Shown here piece after piece: positions 39,550-51,775 of a DNA stretch of 64,000 bases. This DNA is from an uncultured Fibrobacterota bacterium (GTDB lineage Bacteria > Fibrobacterota > Chitinivibrionia > Chitinivibrionales > FEN-1185), in NCBI GenBank assembly GCA_963753345.1, contig CAVWBU010000024.1, forward strand, positions 275,840 through 339,839, given 5' to 3'. Within the stretch, counting starts at the first letter, position 1. The number at the start of each line of letters is the position of its first letter. The translations under genes and the position numbers were made by a program. The notes beneath the pieces were generated by a model. The model saw only the letters and a list, made by a program, of their open reading frames with translations. It was not told where the DNA came from and searched no databases.

Positions 39550-42500
39550 TTAGAATCCGGTGGAAGCGCCGGAAATCTTGACAAGATTGGGCTGGGTGGT
39601 ATACGTACCGTTTCCAAGTTGTCCGTTGCCGTTGGCTCCGCAGACCCAGACCGTCCCATCTGTTTTCACAACGAAACTCGAACCATTCCCCGCGTCTGCC
39701 GCAATATACTGAACTCCGGACATTACGTTTTCTGGAGCCCGTCGCGTGGCTGTTTGTCCGTCACAAAGCTGGCCGTTCAGGTCGAACCCTGTTGCCCAAA
39801 GCACTCCTCCGGTCGTGAGCATCAACGTTTGCGTTTGACCTGCCGAAACGCTTGCCACATTGGCTACCGAGAGCATTTGGGCAGGTACGATGTTTTGAGT
39901 TGTGGAGCTGTCCGCATTTCCCAGCTGACCTGCGTAATTGAATCCCCAGCTCCAAACCGTGCCATCGCTCTTTATGGCGAAACTCTGCTGGTATGCGGCG
40001 GAAATACTCGTGAACGTGCCGGTGATAGTAACGGGATATAGGGTGGAATCGCCATTGTAAAGGGTGCCATAGCCGAGTTCACCGGAACCGTTATCTCCGC
40101 AGGCGTACAGCGTTCCATTAGTCATCAAAACCAGTGAGAACCCCTGCCCTGCAGCCACCGCTTTAACGCCCGAATAATAGACCTCCTCCGGACTGGTTCT
40201 GCTTATTGTGGTACCATCTCCAAGTTCACCAGAGGAATTTCCGCCGCAGGCCCACAGTGTTTGATCTTTCTTTAGTATCAAGATATGTGTGGAGCTTGCT
40301 GACATGCTTTGCACATTTGTCATGATCTTTGTAGTGCTGCCAGATGCGACTTGGTAAAGGTCCCCAGTGCTTGTAAGATAGAGGCTGGAGCCGCCATTGA
40401 CAGCGACGGCGCTAATAATGCCGGTCTTGACCTTTATGGGCGTGAGCTGAACAGTAGTTCCTCCGTCGCACAGTTCCCCATAGGAATCATCCCCGCATGC
40501 CCACAGTGTGCTGTCGGACTTGACAAAGAGGGTATGCATATCGCAGCAAGAGATCTGAGTCACACTGATAACGGTTACTGTGACACTTGCAGTTGAGGTG
40601 TTACCACATGGTGTGCTGCTTTCCGCACGTACATAATAAGTTGTGGTCGCTGCAGGAGTAACTGTAATGGAAGTCCCGGCACCTGCAGCGTTCGTGCATC
40701 CTGAGTTCGTGTACCATTTCCACGAAGCGCCAGTTCCAAGCGATCCTCCCGAAACGCTCACCGTCGTCGAATTGCCCGCATTGATTTTTGCAGATCCGGC
40801 AGTTGCCCCGGTCGGTGCAATTGAAGGCACACTAACGGTTATGGTGGTGGTCGCCGTTGCAGTATTGCCGCATGTGCCCTCGGCTCGCACATAATAGATG
40901 GTTGTTGACGTAGGAGAAACTGTTATGGACGCTCCCGTGTTGGTGCCCGTAACCGGGATGGTGCAGCCGGCGTCCGTGTACCAGTGGTACGAAGCGGCGG
41001 TACCGAGCGTTCCGCCAGACTCGGTGAGCGTTGAGGTGCTGCCGGAGCAGATGGTTGTCACGGTGGCGCCTATGCTTGTGGGAGCTACCGAGTTCGTGTT
41101 GACAGTAACGACTGCCGAGGAACCTGTTGTGTTACCGCAGGCGCCTTCGGCGCGGACATAATACGTTGTTGTGGTGCTTGGCGTCACCGTGATCGGAGTT
41201 CCCGTGTTGATGCCGGTAACGGGAGTGGTGAAGCCGGCATCGGTGTACCATTTCCAACTAGCGCCGGTGCCCAACGTGCCTCCCGAAACGCTGAGCGAGG
41301 AAGAAGTTCCCGAACAAACGGTTGAAGGCGTCGCAACCGCGCCATTGGCCGCTGTTGAGGGTGTATTCACCGTCACCATCACGCCAGCGGTCGCGGTGTT
41401 GTTGCCCGCGCCCTCCGCACGCACGTAATACGTGGTCGTTGACGTTGGAGAAACAGTTATCGGAGTTCCCGTGTTGTTGCCGAGCACGGGCGTCGTGCAT
41501 GCGGCATCCGTATACCATTTCCACGAGGCGTCTGTTCCAAGAGAACCGCCGGTAACGCTCAGTGAGGATGATCCGCCGGAACAGATGGCGGCCGGATCGG
41601 CCGAAGCGCCGGTGGGTGCGGTCGACGTAACGGTCAACTGCGTTGTGGAGGAATCCTTGCCCGTCGGGTTGGTCACCACCACTTTGTAAACCCCGCCGTC
41701 GGCGCCTCCCCATGTTTTCGAATAGGAAGCAGTTGTCGCGCCGGTGATTGCCGCGCCGTTGTAGTACCATTGATACGTAATGGGCGGCGTGCCGGATGCA
41801 ACGATCGTCAGCGCAGTGCTGCTGCCCTGAACAACATTGGTGGTCCCGGGGAGCGGCGTGGTAATGGAGGAATTAATCGTGACCGCAGTCTTTGAGGAAT
41901 CACTTCCTGCGCTATTTGTCACTACCACCTTGTAAACTCCGCCGTCGCCCGCTCCCCATGTCTTGGAATAGCTGCTCGAGGTTGCGCCGGAAATTGCCGC
42001 GCCGTTGAGATACCACTGGTACGTCAGCGTCGCAGTGCCGGCTGCCGTGACTGAAAGCGCCGTCGTGCTGCTTATCGCTATGCTCGTGCTTGCGCCAAGT
42101 CCCGTGGTGATGAGCGGGCTTACGGTAACCTGCGTGGTCGACGAATCCTTTCCCGCTGCGTTTGTTGCCACCACTTTATACGTTCCGCCGTCGGTTGCGG
42201 TCCAGGTCTTCGAATACGAACTCGATGTCGCGCCGCTGATTGCCGCGCCGTTAAAATACCACTGATAGGTCGGAGCGGTCCCGGATGCGGTGACCGATAG
42301 CGCGGTGCTGCCGCTTTGGATTACAGGCGTGTTTGCGGCAAGACCGCTCGTAATAACCGGGCTTACGGTCAATTGCGTCGACGAAGAATCCTTGCCCGTC
42401 GGGTTGGTCACCACCACTTTGTAAACCCCGCCGTCGGCGCCTCCCCATGTTTTCGAATAGGAAGCAGTTGTCGCACCGGTGATTGCCGTGCCGTTATAAT

Positions 42501-43797
42501 ACCATTGATACGTAATGGGCGCCGTTCCCGACGCGAGGATCGTAAGCGGCGTGGCGCTGCCCTGAACAACATTGGTGGTCCCGGGAAGCGGCGTGGTAAT
42601 GGAGGAATTAATCGTGACCGTAGTCTTTGACGAATCGCTGCCTGCGCTATTTGTCACTACCACCTTGTAAACTCCGCCATCGCCTGCTCCCCACGTCTTG
42701 GAATAGCTGCTCGTGGTTGCGCCGGTGATTGCCGCGCCGTTGTAATACCATTGATAGGTGAGCGTCGCAGTGCCGGCAGCCGTGACCGAAAGCGCCGTCG
42801 TGCTGCTTACCGCTATGCTCGTGCTCGCGCCAAGCCCCGTGGTGATGAGCGGGCTTACAGTAACCTGCGTGGTTGAGGAATCCTTTCCCGCGGTATTGGA
42901 CACCACCACTTTGTACGTTCCGCCGTCGGTTGCGGTCCAGGTCTTCGAATACGAGCTTGATGTTGCACCGGTGATTGCCGTGCCGTTGTAATACCACTGG
43001 TATGAGAGGTTGGCGCCGCCGGCAACGACCTGCAGCGCGGTTGTACCGCCTGCCGTGATGGAAGTAGTCGCAGCTAATGGGGTCGTGATCTGAACCGCGA
43101 TGACCGCGCTTACCGATATCTTCACCGTTACGGTGTCCGACATAGGTGGCGTGCCATTGTCGGTTGCCGCAAACACGGCGGAATCCGTTCCGGTGAATCC
43201 TGAAGGAGGCGTCCACGTGAATACAGTGCCGTTGAGCGTAGCGCCCTGCGGGCCCTTGACAAGAACGATAGTGCTGGTCTGGCCCGCGTCGGAATCCTGC
43301 ACCGACAGCGACAGCGAACATTCCTGCGTCGTGAGGATGTTTCGCACGCCCGACACCTCCAGCACCGGCGGCCGGTTGGGGGTGGGTTTGCCGGCAATAA
43401 TAATTGATGCCGTAACCGTCTTTTCCGTGCCGCCCGCGAAAACCACAATTGAAACGGTGCGGGTTCCGGCCGAACGGAACGTGATGGAAACATCCTGGGT
43501 CTCGGTCCAGGCTGTGCTCTTGTCAAAGACATGAACCGTGTCCGTATCGGTGACGCCGTAAACAGTCACCTTCACCGAATCGATGTAGGAAGGAAGATAG
43601 GCGGTCAGGGTGATGGTCACCTGGTTGCCGACACTGTCGGAAATGGTGGAGCCGCTTTTCTGGCCCGCGGAATTTTCAAGTACCGGCGTGACCGTTGCTT
43701 TGGAAGGATCGAACGGATTCTGCTGGCTGGTGCAGGTTAAAAGGACAAGTGAGGACACCAACAAGGCGAGCAACGAACCAGGTTTACAGGTACGCAT
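39550..43797 (-). CDS. large surface lipoprotein with tandem Ig-like domains and a C-terminal RCC1/BLIP-II propeller
   Basis: Leader ending LLTC; six YQWY.NG...DGG.YKVV repeats, four W.WYT...YYVRAE repeats; RCC1 repeats LWACG.N..GELG; 1415 aa. Confidence 0.88.
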   Translation of the reverse strand: MRTCKPGSLLALLVSSLVLLTCTSQQNPFDPSKATVTPVLENSAGQKSGSTISDSVGNQVTITLTAYLPSYIDSVKVTVYGVTDTDTVHVFDKSTAWTETQDVSITFRSAGTRTVSIVVFAGGTEKTVTASIIIAGKPTPNRPPVLEVSGVRNILTTQECSLSLSVQDSDAGQTSTIVLVKGPQGATLNGTVFTWTPPSGFTGTDSAVFAATDNGTPPMSDTVTVKISVSAVIAVQITTPLAATTSITAGGTTALQVVAGGANLSYQWYYNGTAITGATSSSYSKTWTATDGGTYKVVVSNTAGKDSSTTQVTVSPLITTGLGASTSIAVSSTTALSVTAAGTATLTYQWYYNGAAITGATTSSYSKTWGAGDGGVYKVVVTNSAGSDSSKTTVTINSSITTPLPGTTNVVQGSATPLTILASGTAPITYQWYYNGTAITGATTASYSKTWGGADGGVYKVVVTNPTGKDSSSTQLTVSPVITSGLAANTPVIQSGSTALSVTASGTAPTYQWYFNGAAISGATSSSYSKTWTATDGGTYKVVATNAAGKDSSTTQVTVSPLITTGLGASTSIAISSTTALSVTAAGTATLTYQWYLNGAAISGATSSSYSKTWGAGDGGVYKVVVTNSAGSDSSKTAVTINSSITTPLPGTTNVVQGSSTALTIVASGTPPITYQWYYNGAAITGATTASYSKTWGGADGGVYKVVVTNPTGKDSSTTQLTVTSTAPTGASADPAAICSGGSSSLSVTGGSLGTDASWKWYTDAACTTPVLGNNTGTPITVSPTSTTTYYVRAEGAGNNTATAGVMVTVNTPSTAANGAVATPSTVCSGTSSSLSVSGGTLGTGASWKWYTDAGFTTPVTGINTGTPITVTPSTTTTYYVRAEGACGNTTGSSAVVTVNTNSVAPTSIGATVTTICSGSTSTLTESGGTLGTAASYHWYTDAGCTIPVTGTNTGASITVSPTSTTIYYVRAEGTCGNTATATTTITVSVPSIAPTGATAGSAKINAGNSTTVSVSGGSLGTGASWKWYTNSGCTNAAGAGTSITVTPAATTTYYVRAESSTPCGNTSTASVTVTVISVTQISCCDMHTLFVKSDSTLWACGDDSYGELCDGGTTVQLTPIKVKTGIISAVAVNGGSSLYLTSTGDLYQVASGSTTKIMTNVQSMSASSTHILILKKDQTLWACGGNSSGELGDGTTISRTSPEEVYYSGVKAVAAGQGFSLVLMTNGTLYACGDNGSGELGYGTLYNGDSTLYPVTITGTFTSISAAYQQSFAIKSDGTVWSWGFNYAGQLGNADSSTTQNIVPAQMLSVANVASVSAGQTQTLMLTTGGVLWATGFDLNGQLCDGQTATRRAPENVMSGVQYIAADAGNGSSFVVKTDGTVWVCGANGNGQLGNGTYTTQPNLVKISGASTGF
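41627..43095 (-). repeat. intragenic tandem duplication of a three-Ig-domain block (735 bp period)
   Basis: GTAATGGAGGAATTAATCGT occurs at 41861 and 42596; domain order ABC-A'B'C'. Confidence 0.9.
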
Positions 43798-43884
43798 AAG
43801 AAAATTCCCCCTGGATTAGGCAAACGGTTAGTTCGATAACAAATACGCTCTGTCAATAAAATACTCTTTCGGTTTTCGCGGGGC

Positions 43885-43900
43885 TGTGACTGGCGTCACA
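43885..43900. promoter_or_regulatory. CRP/FNR-family binding site upstream of the Ig/RCC1 gene
   Basis: TGTGACTGGCGTCACA matches TGTGA-N6-TCACA exactly, 88 nt upstream of the ATG. Confidence 0.6.
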
Positions 43901-44010
43901 AAACGGCAATTGCCTTACGGCTACATTCGGGCCTCGGTCGCCTCGACGCTCTCACCGGACAAGTCGTTGACCGCGAATCGAAGCTGAAACATGGTTCCGA
44001 AAAGGTCGGC

Positions 44011-44980
<970 letters not shown>

Positions 44981-44988
<8 letters not shown>

Positions 44989-46024
44989 CGGCGCCCCGGT
45001 TCTCCTGTTCGATTTTCTTTTCCGCTTCGGAAAGGTCTTTGAACGTCATGTTCAGCTTGAAAAAATAATACAGTCCCAGCAGCGTGACCGTGCCATAGGG
45101 AACTGCGTGGTACAGGATGGTCACGGCCTGCGCCTTGTTACGGGCCAGCCCGCACAGAACAAGCCCTTCAAGCATAACCGCGTGGAGCGTGCCCACATAG
45201 CCGGGCGCGAGCGGAATGGCCGCGCCAAGTGCGGCAAATGCCTGGGAAAAACACCCTTGAAGCAATCCAAACCCTCCGTTGCCCACCAGGAAAACAACGC
45301 TGAGGGAATAACACAAGATAATGCCTGCCGAAAGGGCAACAACGGCAAGGACCTTGCCGATGGAGAACGTCCAGTCGAGGGTCGAGGCGACATCGATGCC
45401 GATGCGCCTGATTCGCGGACGCGCCTTGCGGGGCGCCACCGCGAGCGCTGTCCTGCATATTCTGCGGACCCCGGCGGGAAACAGCGAATACGCCGCAAGG
45501 AGCCCCACGCAGCATGCGACGCCCGCGGCGAGAATAACCGCCACGGAATGAAGGGTTACCGATTTGTAAACCGACGCGCCCGCGCCGCCGCCGATATCCG
45601 GCACAAAAAACACCGGCGCAAAGAAGCAGGCGCTCAGGGCGAGCACGTCGATGCCGCGCTCGAGGATGAGCGAGCCGATGCTCACCGCGGCGCTGTAGCC
45701 GTTCCTGCGCCACAACAGCACCGCCCGGGCGGCCTCGCCCATGCGCGCGGGAAGGATGTTGTTGATCATGAACGAGACGGTGACGATGGGAAACAGCTGT
45801 TTCTTGTGCGACAAGGGCGGCGACGGCAGCATGATGCTCCACCGAATGGCCCTGAGCCATATCGACGCCACGGCGAGCACTGCCGCGGCAACGATTGCAA
45901 GGGGGTTGGCGTGCGACAGCTGATACGCCAGCCCGCGAAGGTCGACGCTGCGGAAAAAAATAAAGAGGCCCGCGGCCGCCAGGCAGACGCCGAGCGCCCA
46001 TTGGATGATCCGTGTCGGCTTCAA
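44981..46024 (-). CDS. lysylphosphatidylglycerol synthase TM / flippase-like membrane protein
   Basis: LRAIRW, NNILPARMGEAAR, LERGID, PLAPGYVGT; many TM helices. Confidence 0.85.
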
Positions 46025-47328
46025 CCGTTCTCCAGCCTGTTAAAGACAAGGCCCGAGAAAAACTTCGGAAAAAAGTTGGTTGATTTCTGCGGCATGCGTT
46101 CTCCGCCCGACACAATGGCGTTCACCGCGGCAATGTCGAGCGGCCTGATAAAAAACGCGCCGCGGTAGGAATGCGGGGAGCGCACGGCCTCGCCGAATGC
46201 CGCGTCCGCATCGTTGACATAGTCGATAAGATCGTGGAGCACGGTGCCGTCCAGCGGCAGGCCGAGCAGCTTGTTGACAACAATGGAATTTATCTTCGAT
46301 ACGTCGAGCCGGTTCCACAGCCGCGACATGCCGCCCGGGTGCGCGGTGAGGTAGTCGTCGCCCGCCGCGTTGAGCGATAGGCCGTAGAGCCGCATATCGG
46401 CGGTGTCGAGCAGGAGCATGTCGGCCCCGTTTCCCTTGTCGAGAAAGGCGCGGACCGCCGGAAGCGAGGCTTCGCCGCGGTCCTTGACATCAAAGAACTG
46501 CGGAAGAACCGTATGCAGGGGCGCCAGGCCCGGCCCGGGCGACGTTCGAACCAGACGGTGAAACGGCCGGATCACGAGCCCGGGATCGGCCATGGACACG
46601 AGCGCCATCACCACCCACGCGTGCGCGGGGTTGCCCGTGTCGCGGTAAAAGGAAAGCGCGGTCTCGTAGCGGTGGTGGCCGTCGGCGATAAGGACCTTTT
46701 TTCCGGCAAGCGCCCGCGTGACGCTCTCGATGGCGTGCGGGTCTGCGGTGCGGTACAGGGTGTGCCGGACCGAACCCTCGGATTCGAACGCGCCCACGGC
46801 CGGACCCTGCACGCATGCGGCGATGACGTTGTAGATGGGGCCGCTGTCGGGCACGAGGCCGAAGATAAGCTCGGCATGGGTGCGCGTTGCGCTGAGCAGT
46901 TCGTAGCGGTCGATCTTGGGGCCGGAAAGCGTGTATTCGTGCGGCAGAATAATTCCCCGTTCGTATTCGGCGAGCTTGACAAGAGCAATGACCGCGGTGC
47001 GCCGGCACATCACGTCGGCGCTTCCGCGCCTTACGGGAAACTCGTGCCGGTACACGTACAGCGACGGCGCAGGGTCTTTTGCAAGCACGCCCGAGGCTAT
47101 CCACTCGTCAAGAAGTTTCGCCGCGCGGTGGTGCCGGTCCCTGTTCTCGGTGTCGAACGGTTCCTTCCGGTTCTGGATAATCCGCACGACATTGCGGGGA
47201 TCGGCGTCGTACAAGCGGGCAACGGCGGCCGTGTCGATCATGTCGTACGGCGGGGCCGTAAACCGTCCGAGGTCTTCCGGTTTGTCAAGTGCGTACCGGT
47301 AGCCGGCAAAAGGCCGAATATCTGCCAT
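46021..47328 (-). CDS. DUF1015 family protein
   Basis: IRPFAGYRY, PPYD, PHEYT, IADGHHRYETA, MPQKSTNFFPK; start ATG 47328. Confidence 0.9.
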   Translation of the reverse strand: MADIRPFAGYRYALDKPEDLGRFTAPPYDMIDTAAVARLYDADPRNVVRIIQNRKEPFDTENRDRHHRAAKLLDEWIASGVLAKDPAPSLYVYRHEFPVRRGSADVMCRRTAVIALVKLAEYERGIILPHEYTLSGPKIDRYELLSATRTHAELIFGLVPDSGPIYNVIAACVQGPAVGAFESEGSVRHTLYRTADPHAIESVTRALAGKKVLIADGHHRYETALSFYRDTGNPAHAWVVMALVSMADPGLVIRPFHRLVRTSPGPGLAPLHTVLPQFFDVKDRGEASLPAVRAFLDKGNGADMLLLDTADMRLYGLSLNAAGDDYLTAHPGGMSRLWNRLDVSKINSIVVNKLLGLPLDGTVLHDLIDYVNDADAAFGEAVRSPHSYRGAFFIRPLDIAAVNAIVSGGERMPQKSTNFFPKFFSGLVFNRLENG

Positions 47329-47338
47329 TGAAGAATCC

Positions 47339-47707
47339 CTAAGGTTGCGAATCGTTCTGTTTTTCCCGCCACTCCTGCTCGGAGTTGAAGATCTCGGCGA
47401 GGCGATCGATGCCGAGAAGGGCAAGCCACGAATACACGTCGGGGTTTGCCACAATCACGCTCACGCGGCCCGTTCCCGACAGCCGGATGGTCTGGACCAC
47501 AAGCGTGATGAGCGAGCTGTCCACGGTGGTGAGCGCCGTGAGGTCGATAAGGATGAGGGCCACCGGGTCCTCCGAAAGCGCCATTTTCACCCGGTCAATT
47601 GCGCTGTCGAGCTGGGGAAAAAACGTGGACGGCGTCCAGTGTTCGTTCCCGAGGTCGAGCACGGCAAAGCGATACCATTTGCCCTCCCGGGTCGCTTTGA
47701 GGTTCAT
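47339..47707 (-). CDS. STAS-domain protein (anti-anti-sigma-like)
   Basis: ILIDLTALTTVDSS, LLGIDRLAEIF; ATGA overlap with rnhB. Confidence 0.7.
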   Translation of the reverse strand: MNLKATREGKWYRFAVLDLGNEHWTPSTFFPQLDSAIDRVKMALSEDPVALILIDLTALTTVDSSLITLVVQTIRLSGTGRVSVIVANPDVYSWLALLGIDRLAEIFNSEQEWREKQNDSQP

Positions 47708-48399
47708 GCGTTTTCCCTTCCTGGCTGTAAAGGGCCGGTTGCGTTTGCAAATGCCATAGACGGCTGCTCCAGAAGGCGCAGGCAGAAGCTCCTGCGATGG
47801 ATTGGACACAGTCCGAGTTTTCTTATCCTGTCGATGTGAACCGCGGTCCCGTATCCCTTGTGCTGCGCAAACCCGTAGTCCGGAAACTCCGCCTGATACC
47901 CGACCATGAGCCTGTCGCGAAAGACCTTGGCGATAATTGACGCGGCGGCAATCGAGGCGCTTGCGGCGTCGCCCTTTACAATTGCGCATTGGACGTCCTG
48001 GCCGATCCCCGGGATGGTCTGGTTGCCGTCGATGAGCGCGATCGACCAGGCTGCCTCTATTTTGTCAAGCGCCCGCCGCATGGCGCAAAGGCTTGCCTGC
48101 AGAATGTTGCGCTCCTCGATCTCCTCCACCGACGCCTGGCCCACGCCCCACGCCACGGCCTCGGCAACAATGCGGCCGTACAGCGATTCCCGTTTCCGCG
48201 CCGGGACCTGCTTGGAATCGAAAACTCCCTCAATGGGCCTGGAAAGGTCGAGCATGACCGCTGCCGCCACCACCGGACCCGCCAGCGGTCCGCGGCCCGC
48301 CTCGTCGAGCCCCACCACGCGGCTGGCGCCGCGGCAGACGCGCTCGCGCTCGATGCCGGCGTCGAAATCGTAGAGCGCCTGCGTGTCAGACCGTGCCAT
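47704..48399 (-). CDS. rnhB: ribonuclease HII
   Basis: GLDEAGRGPLAGPVVAAAV, DSK, IDGN, KGDA..SIAAASIIAKV.RD, HKGYGT, HRRSF. Confidence 0.96.
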   Translation of the reverse strand: MARSDTQALYDFDAGIERERVCRGASRVVGLDEAGRGPLAGPVVAAAVMLDLSRPIEGVFDSKQVPARKRESLYGRIVAEAVAWGVGQASVEEIEERNILQASLCAMRRALDKIEAAWSIALIDGNQTIPGIGQDVQCAIVKGDAASASIAAASIIAKVFRDRLMVGYQAEFPDYGFAQHKGYGTAVHIDRIRKLGLCPIHRRSFCLRLLEQPSMAFANATGPLQPGRENA

Positions 48400-49003
48400 A
48401 CACCTTCCGGTTCTTCACCGTGATTCTTCCCTGCGCGATCGCATCGAGCACGCGCCAATAACTCGCGTGCTCGAGCGCGAGCACGCGCGCCGCAAGCGTG
48501 TGCGCGTCGTCGGTGTCGAGCACCGGCACCGTGCCCTGGAAAATGATGGGCCCGTGGTCGTACTCCTCGTCGACGAAATGTATGGTGATGCCCGAGACCT
48601 TTGCCCCGTAGTCAATCACCGCCTGATGGACCTTCTCGCCGTACAGGCCCTTGCCGCCGAACGCGGGAAGAAGGCCGGGGTGGATATTGACGATCCGGTC
48701 CGGGAACGCGGCAATGACCGGCCGCGGGATTTTCTTCATGTATCCGGCCAGCGCGATAAGGTCGATGTTGTATTCGCGAAGCACCGCGAGCAGGGACGCA
48801 CTATATGCCTGCTCGTCGGGAAAATGCGACGGCGCGATGTGCCGCCAGGGAATGCCGTGTTTTTTCGCGCGCTCAAGCGCGAATGCGCCGGCGTTGTTCG
48901 CCACGCACAGGGCGAGCGAGCAGTGGAGCTCGCCCGACGCCGCCCTGTCGATGAGCGCCTGGAAATTGCTGCCGCTCCCCGATGCAAACACCGCAACGTT
49001 CAT
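48386..49003 (-). CDS. purN: phosphoribosylglycinamide formyltransferase
   Basis: FASGSGSNFQAL, LAGYM, NIHPGLLPAFGG, HFVDEEYDHGPII. Confidence 0.96.
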   Translation of the reverse strand: MNVAVFASGSGSNFQALIDRAASGELHCSLALCVANNAGAFALERAKKHGIPWRHIAPSHFPDEQAYSASLLAVLREYNIDLIALAGYMKKIPRPVIAAFPDRIVNIHPGLLPAFGGKGLYGEKVHQAVIDYGAKVSGITIHFVDEEYDHGPIIFQGTVPVLDTDDAHTLAARVLALEHASYWRVLDAIAQGRITVKNRKVYGTV

Positions 49004-49004
49004 G

Positions 49005-50219
49005 CTACGTCCGTTCCAAAGAGGTTACTCTGCCGGAAAACGACAAATGGTATTTGATGCCGCTCCAGATAATCGTGTTTGTAAAGGCAGTGCGCATGCA
49101 GCTTACCAGGAACACGAACAGCGATGCCGGCTGAAAAACCATGAACCACCCGAGCCGCGGCATGGCGCCGAGCGCGGGATACATCAGGTCTACCAGGAAC
49201 TTTCCGGCCACAAGCACGACCGAAGGCCCGCCCCCGAGCGCGAAAAAGGACCGCGCGGTAATCAGGCTCACCACGGCCGCAACCGGCAGCCACACGAGCG
49301 TGAGCAGGCATATGAAAATAACCGGCATTGCCGTGAGCCACAGGCCCCTCTGGTACAGCTTGAGAAACATCATCTGGCGCTCGAACCACCGCGTGGCGTC
49401 GGCCACGCTGTCGATGAGGTCGTCGGTATGGGTGATGCACGTGGGCACCAGGATCGACTTCTTCCTCCGCTTCTTGATAATCTGCGAAAGGCTGCTGTCG
49501 TCCACCACGGTCTCGCTCCAGCGCGCCGCGACGCCCAGGACTTCAAAATCCTTCTTGCGGATGGCCATGGAGCCGCCCCACAGCCCCACGCTTCCCAGGA
49601 ACGAGGCGGTGCTGTATAAAGTGTACAAAAAGGAATTCATGAAGAAATGCGCCTGCTGGCCGAGCGTGCCGCGCTCTGCGTGAAGCCAGCGGAAGCCCGT
49701 GGTGACGCTAATGCCGGGATCGGACAGCGGAAGGATGATTTCGGAAAGCCATTCGGGCCGGGGCGAGATGTCGACGTCGGCGAAGACGAACACGTCCGGA
49801 GCGCGGGCCTTCTTGACGCCCGCGAGAAGGTTATGGTTCTTTTGACCGCAGGCGGTGGAAAGACCGGCAACAACCAAAGACGCTTTGTCGCTGCCCGCGA
49901 CGACGTCCCTGATCGCGGGCACCGCGCCGTCCGACTCGCTCTCAACGGTGTAAAGGACTTCGTAGTTGTCGTAGGGAAACTCCAGAAACGATCTCAGATT
50001 GTCTTTGTAATTTTTTGTGCCGCCGCCCTTGCAGGGAACGATGACCGCGCATTTCGGGTGGAACGCGGGATCATACTTTGGCCGATAGAGCTTTCGGTAG
50101 ATAAACCTCTGGTACAGCAGGGTGAAAAACGAGCTGAGAAACATTCCGGCCACCACGAGGCAGCAGAACACGCACAGCGCCCGAGTCCACAAAAACGGTC
50201 CGGCCAGAGCTTGAAACAT
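49005..50219 (-). CDS. GT-A membrane glycosyltransferase (GT2/GT21, HpnI/ceramide glucosyltransferase-like)
   Basis: N-terminal TM, VIVPCKG, KNHNL, FADVD, WGGSMAI, VDD, WFERQ, C-terminal TMs and IWSGIKY. Confidence 0.8.
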   Translation of the reverse strand: MFQALAGPFLWTRALCVFCCLVVAGMFLSSFFTLLYQRFIYRKLYRPKYDPAFHPKCAVIVPCKGGGTKNYKDNLRSFLEFPYDNYEVLYTVESESDGAVPAIRDVVAGSDKASLVVAGLSTACGQKNHNLLAGVKKARAPDVFVFADVDISPRPEWLSEIILPLSDPGISVTTGFRWLHAERGTLGQQAHFFMNSFLYTLYSTASFLGSVGLWGGSMAIRKKDFEVLGVAARWSETVVDDSSLSQIIKKRRKKSILVPTCITHTDDLIDSVADATRWFERQMMFLKLYQRGLWLTAMPVIFICLLTLVWLPVAAVVSLITARSFFALGGGPSVVLVAGKFLVDLMYPALGAMPRLGWFMVFQPASLFVFLVSCMRTAFTNTIIWSGIKYHLSFSGRVTSLERT

Positions 50220-50334
50220 CGGCGGGTCTCCAAAAAAATATCCCTTAAAATACGTTCCTGCGGGAGGCGGTCAAAGCGGGAATCGCGGCCAATTTCCGGA
50301 GCCGCGGAAGCGGGCCGGCCGGTCGGGAAGACCG

Positions 50335-51603
<1,269 letters not shown>

Positions 51604-51682
51604 GATACGGCGTTGTCCGTAAAAGCGTCAGATTGTTCTTCTGTCAAGCATATCATCGCGCGGCCGCGTCCGGGCCGTTTCG

Positions 51683-51741
51683 TTACTAAGCAGTTTACCG
51701 TGACAGATTTAATGAAGCATTACTTATAAACTGCTTAGTAA
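51683..51741. repeat. AT-rich 15-bp perfect inverted repeat with 29-nt spacer
   Basis: TTACTAAGCAGTTTA (51683-51697) and TAAACTGCTTAGTAA (51727-51741). Confidence 0.85.
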
Positions 51742-51775
51742 TGATACCTCGCCGCGCCGGGGATTTCCACAGGTA

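Noticed and set aside
39550-43797. Diversity-generating retroelement target
   Set aside because: Repeats are in-frame domain duplications, differences are not restricted to adenines, and no reverse transcriptase is in the window.
43905-43990. Riboswitch (for example c-di-GMP) or further module A copy upstream of the Ig/RCC1 gene
   Set aside because: Only a short CTCGGTCGCCTCG resemblance; no riboswitch consensus or module A termini.
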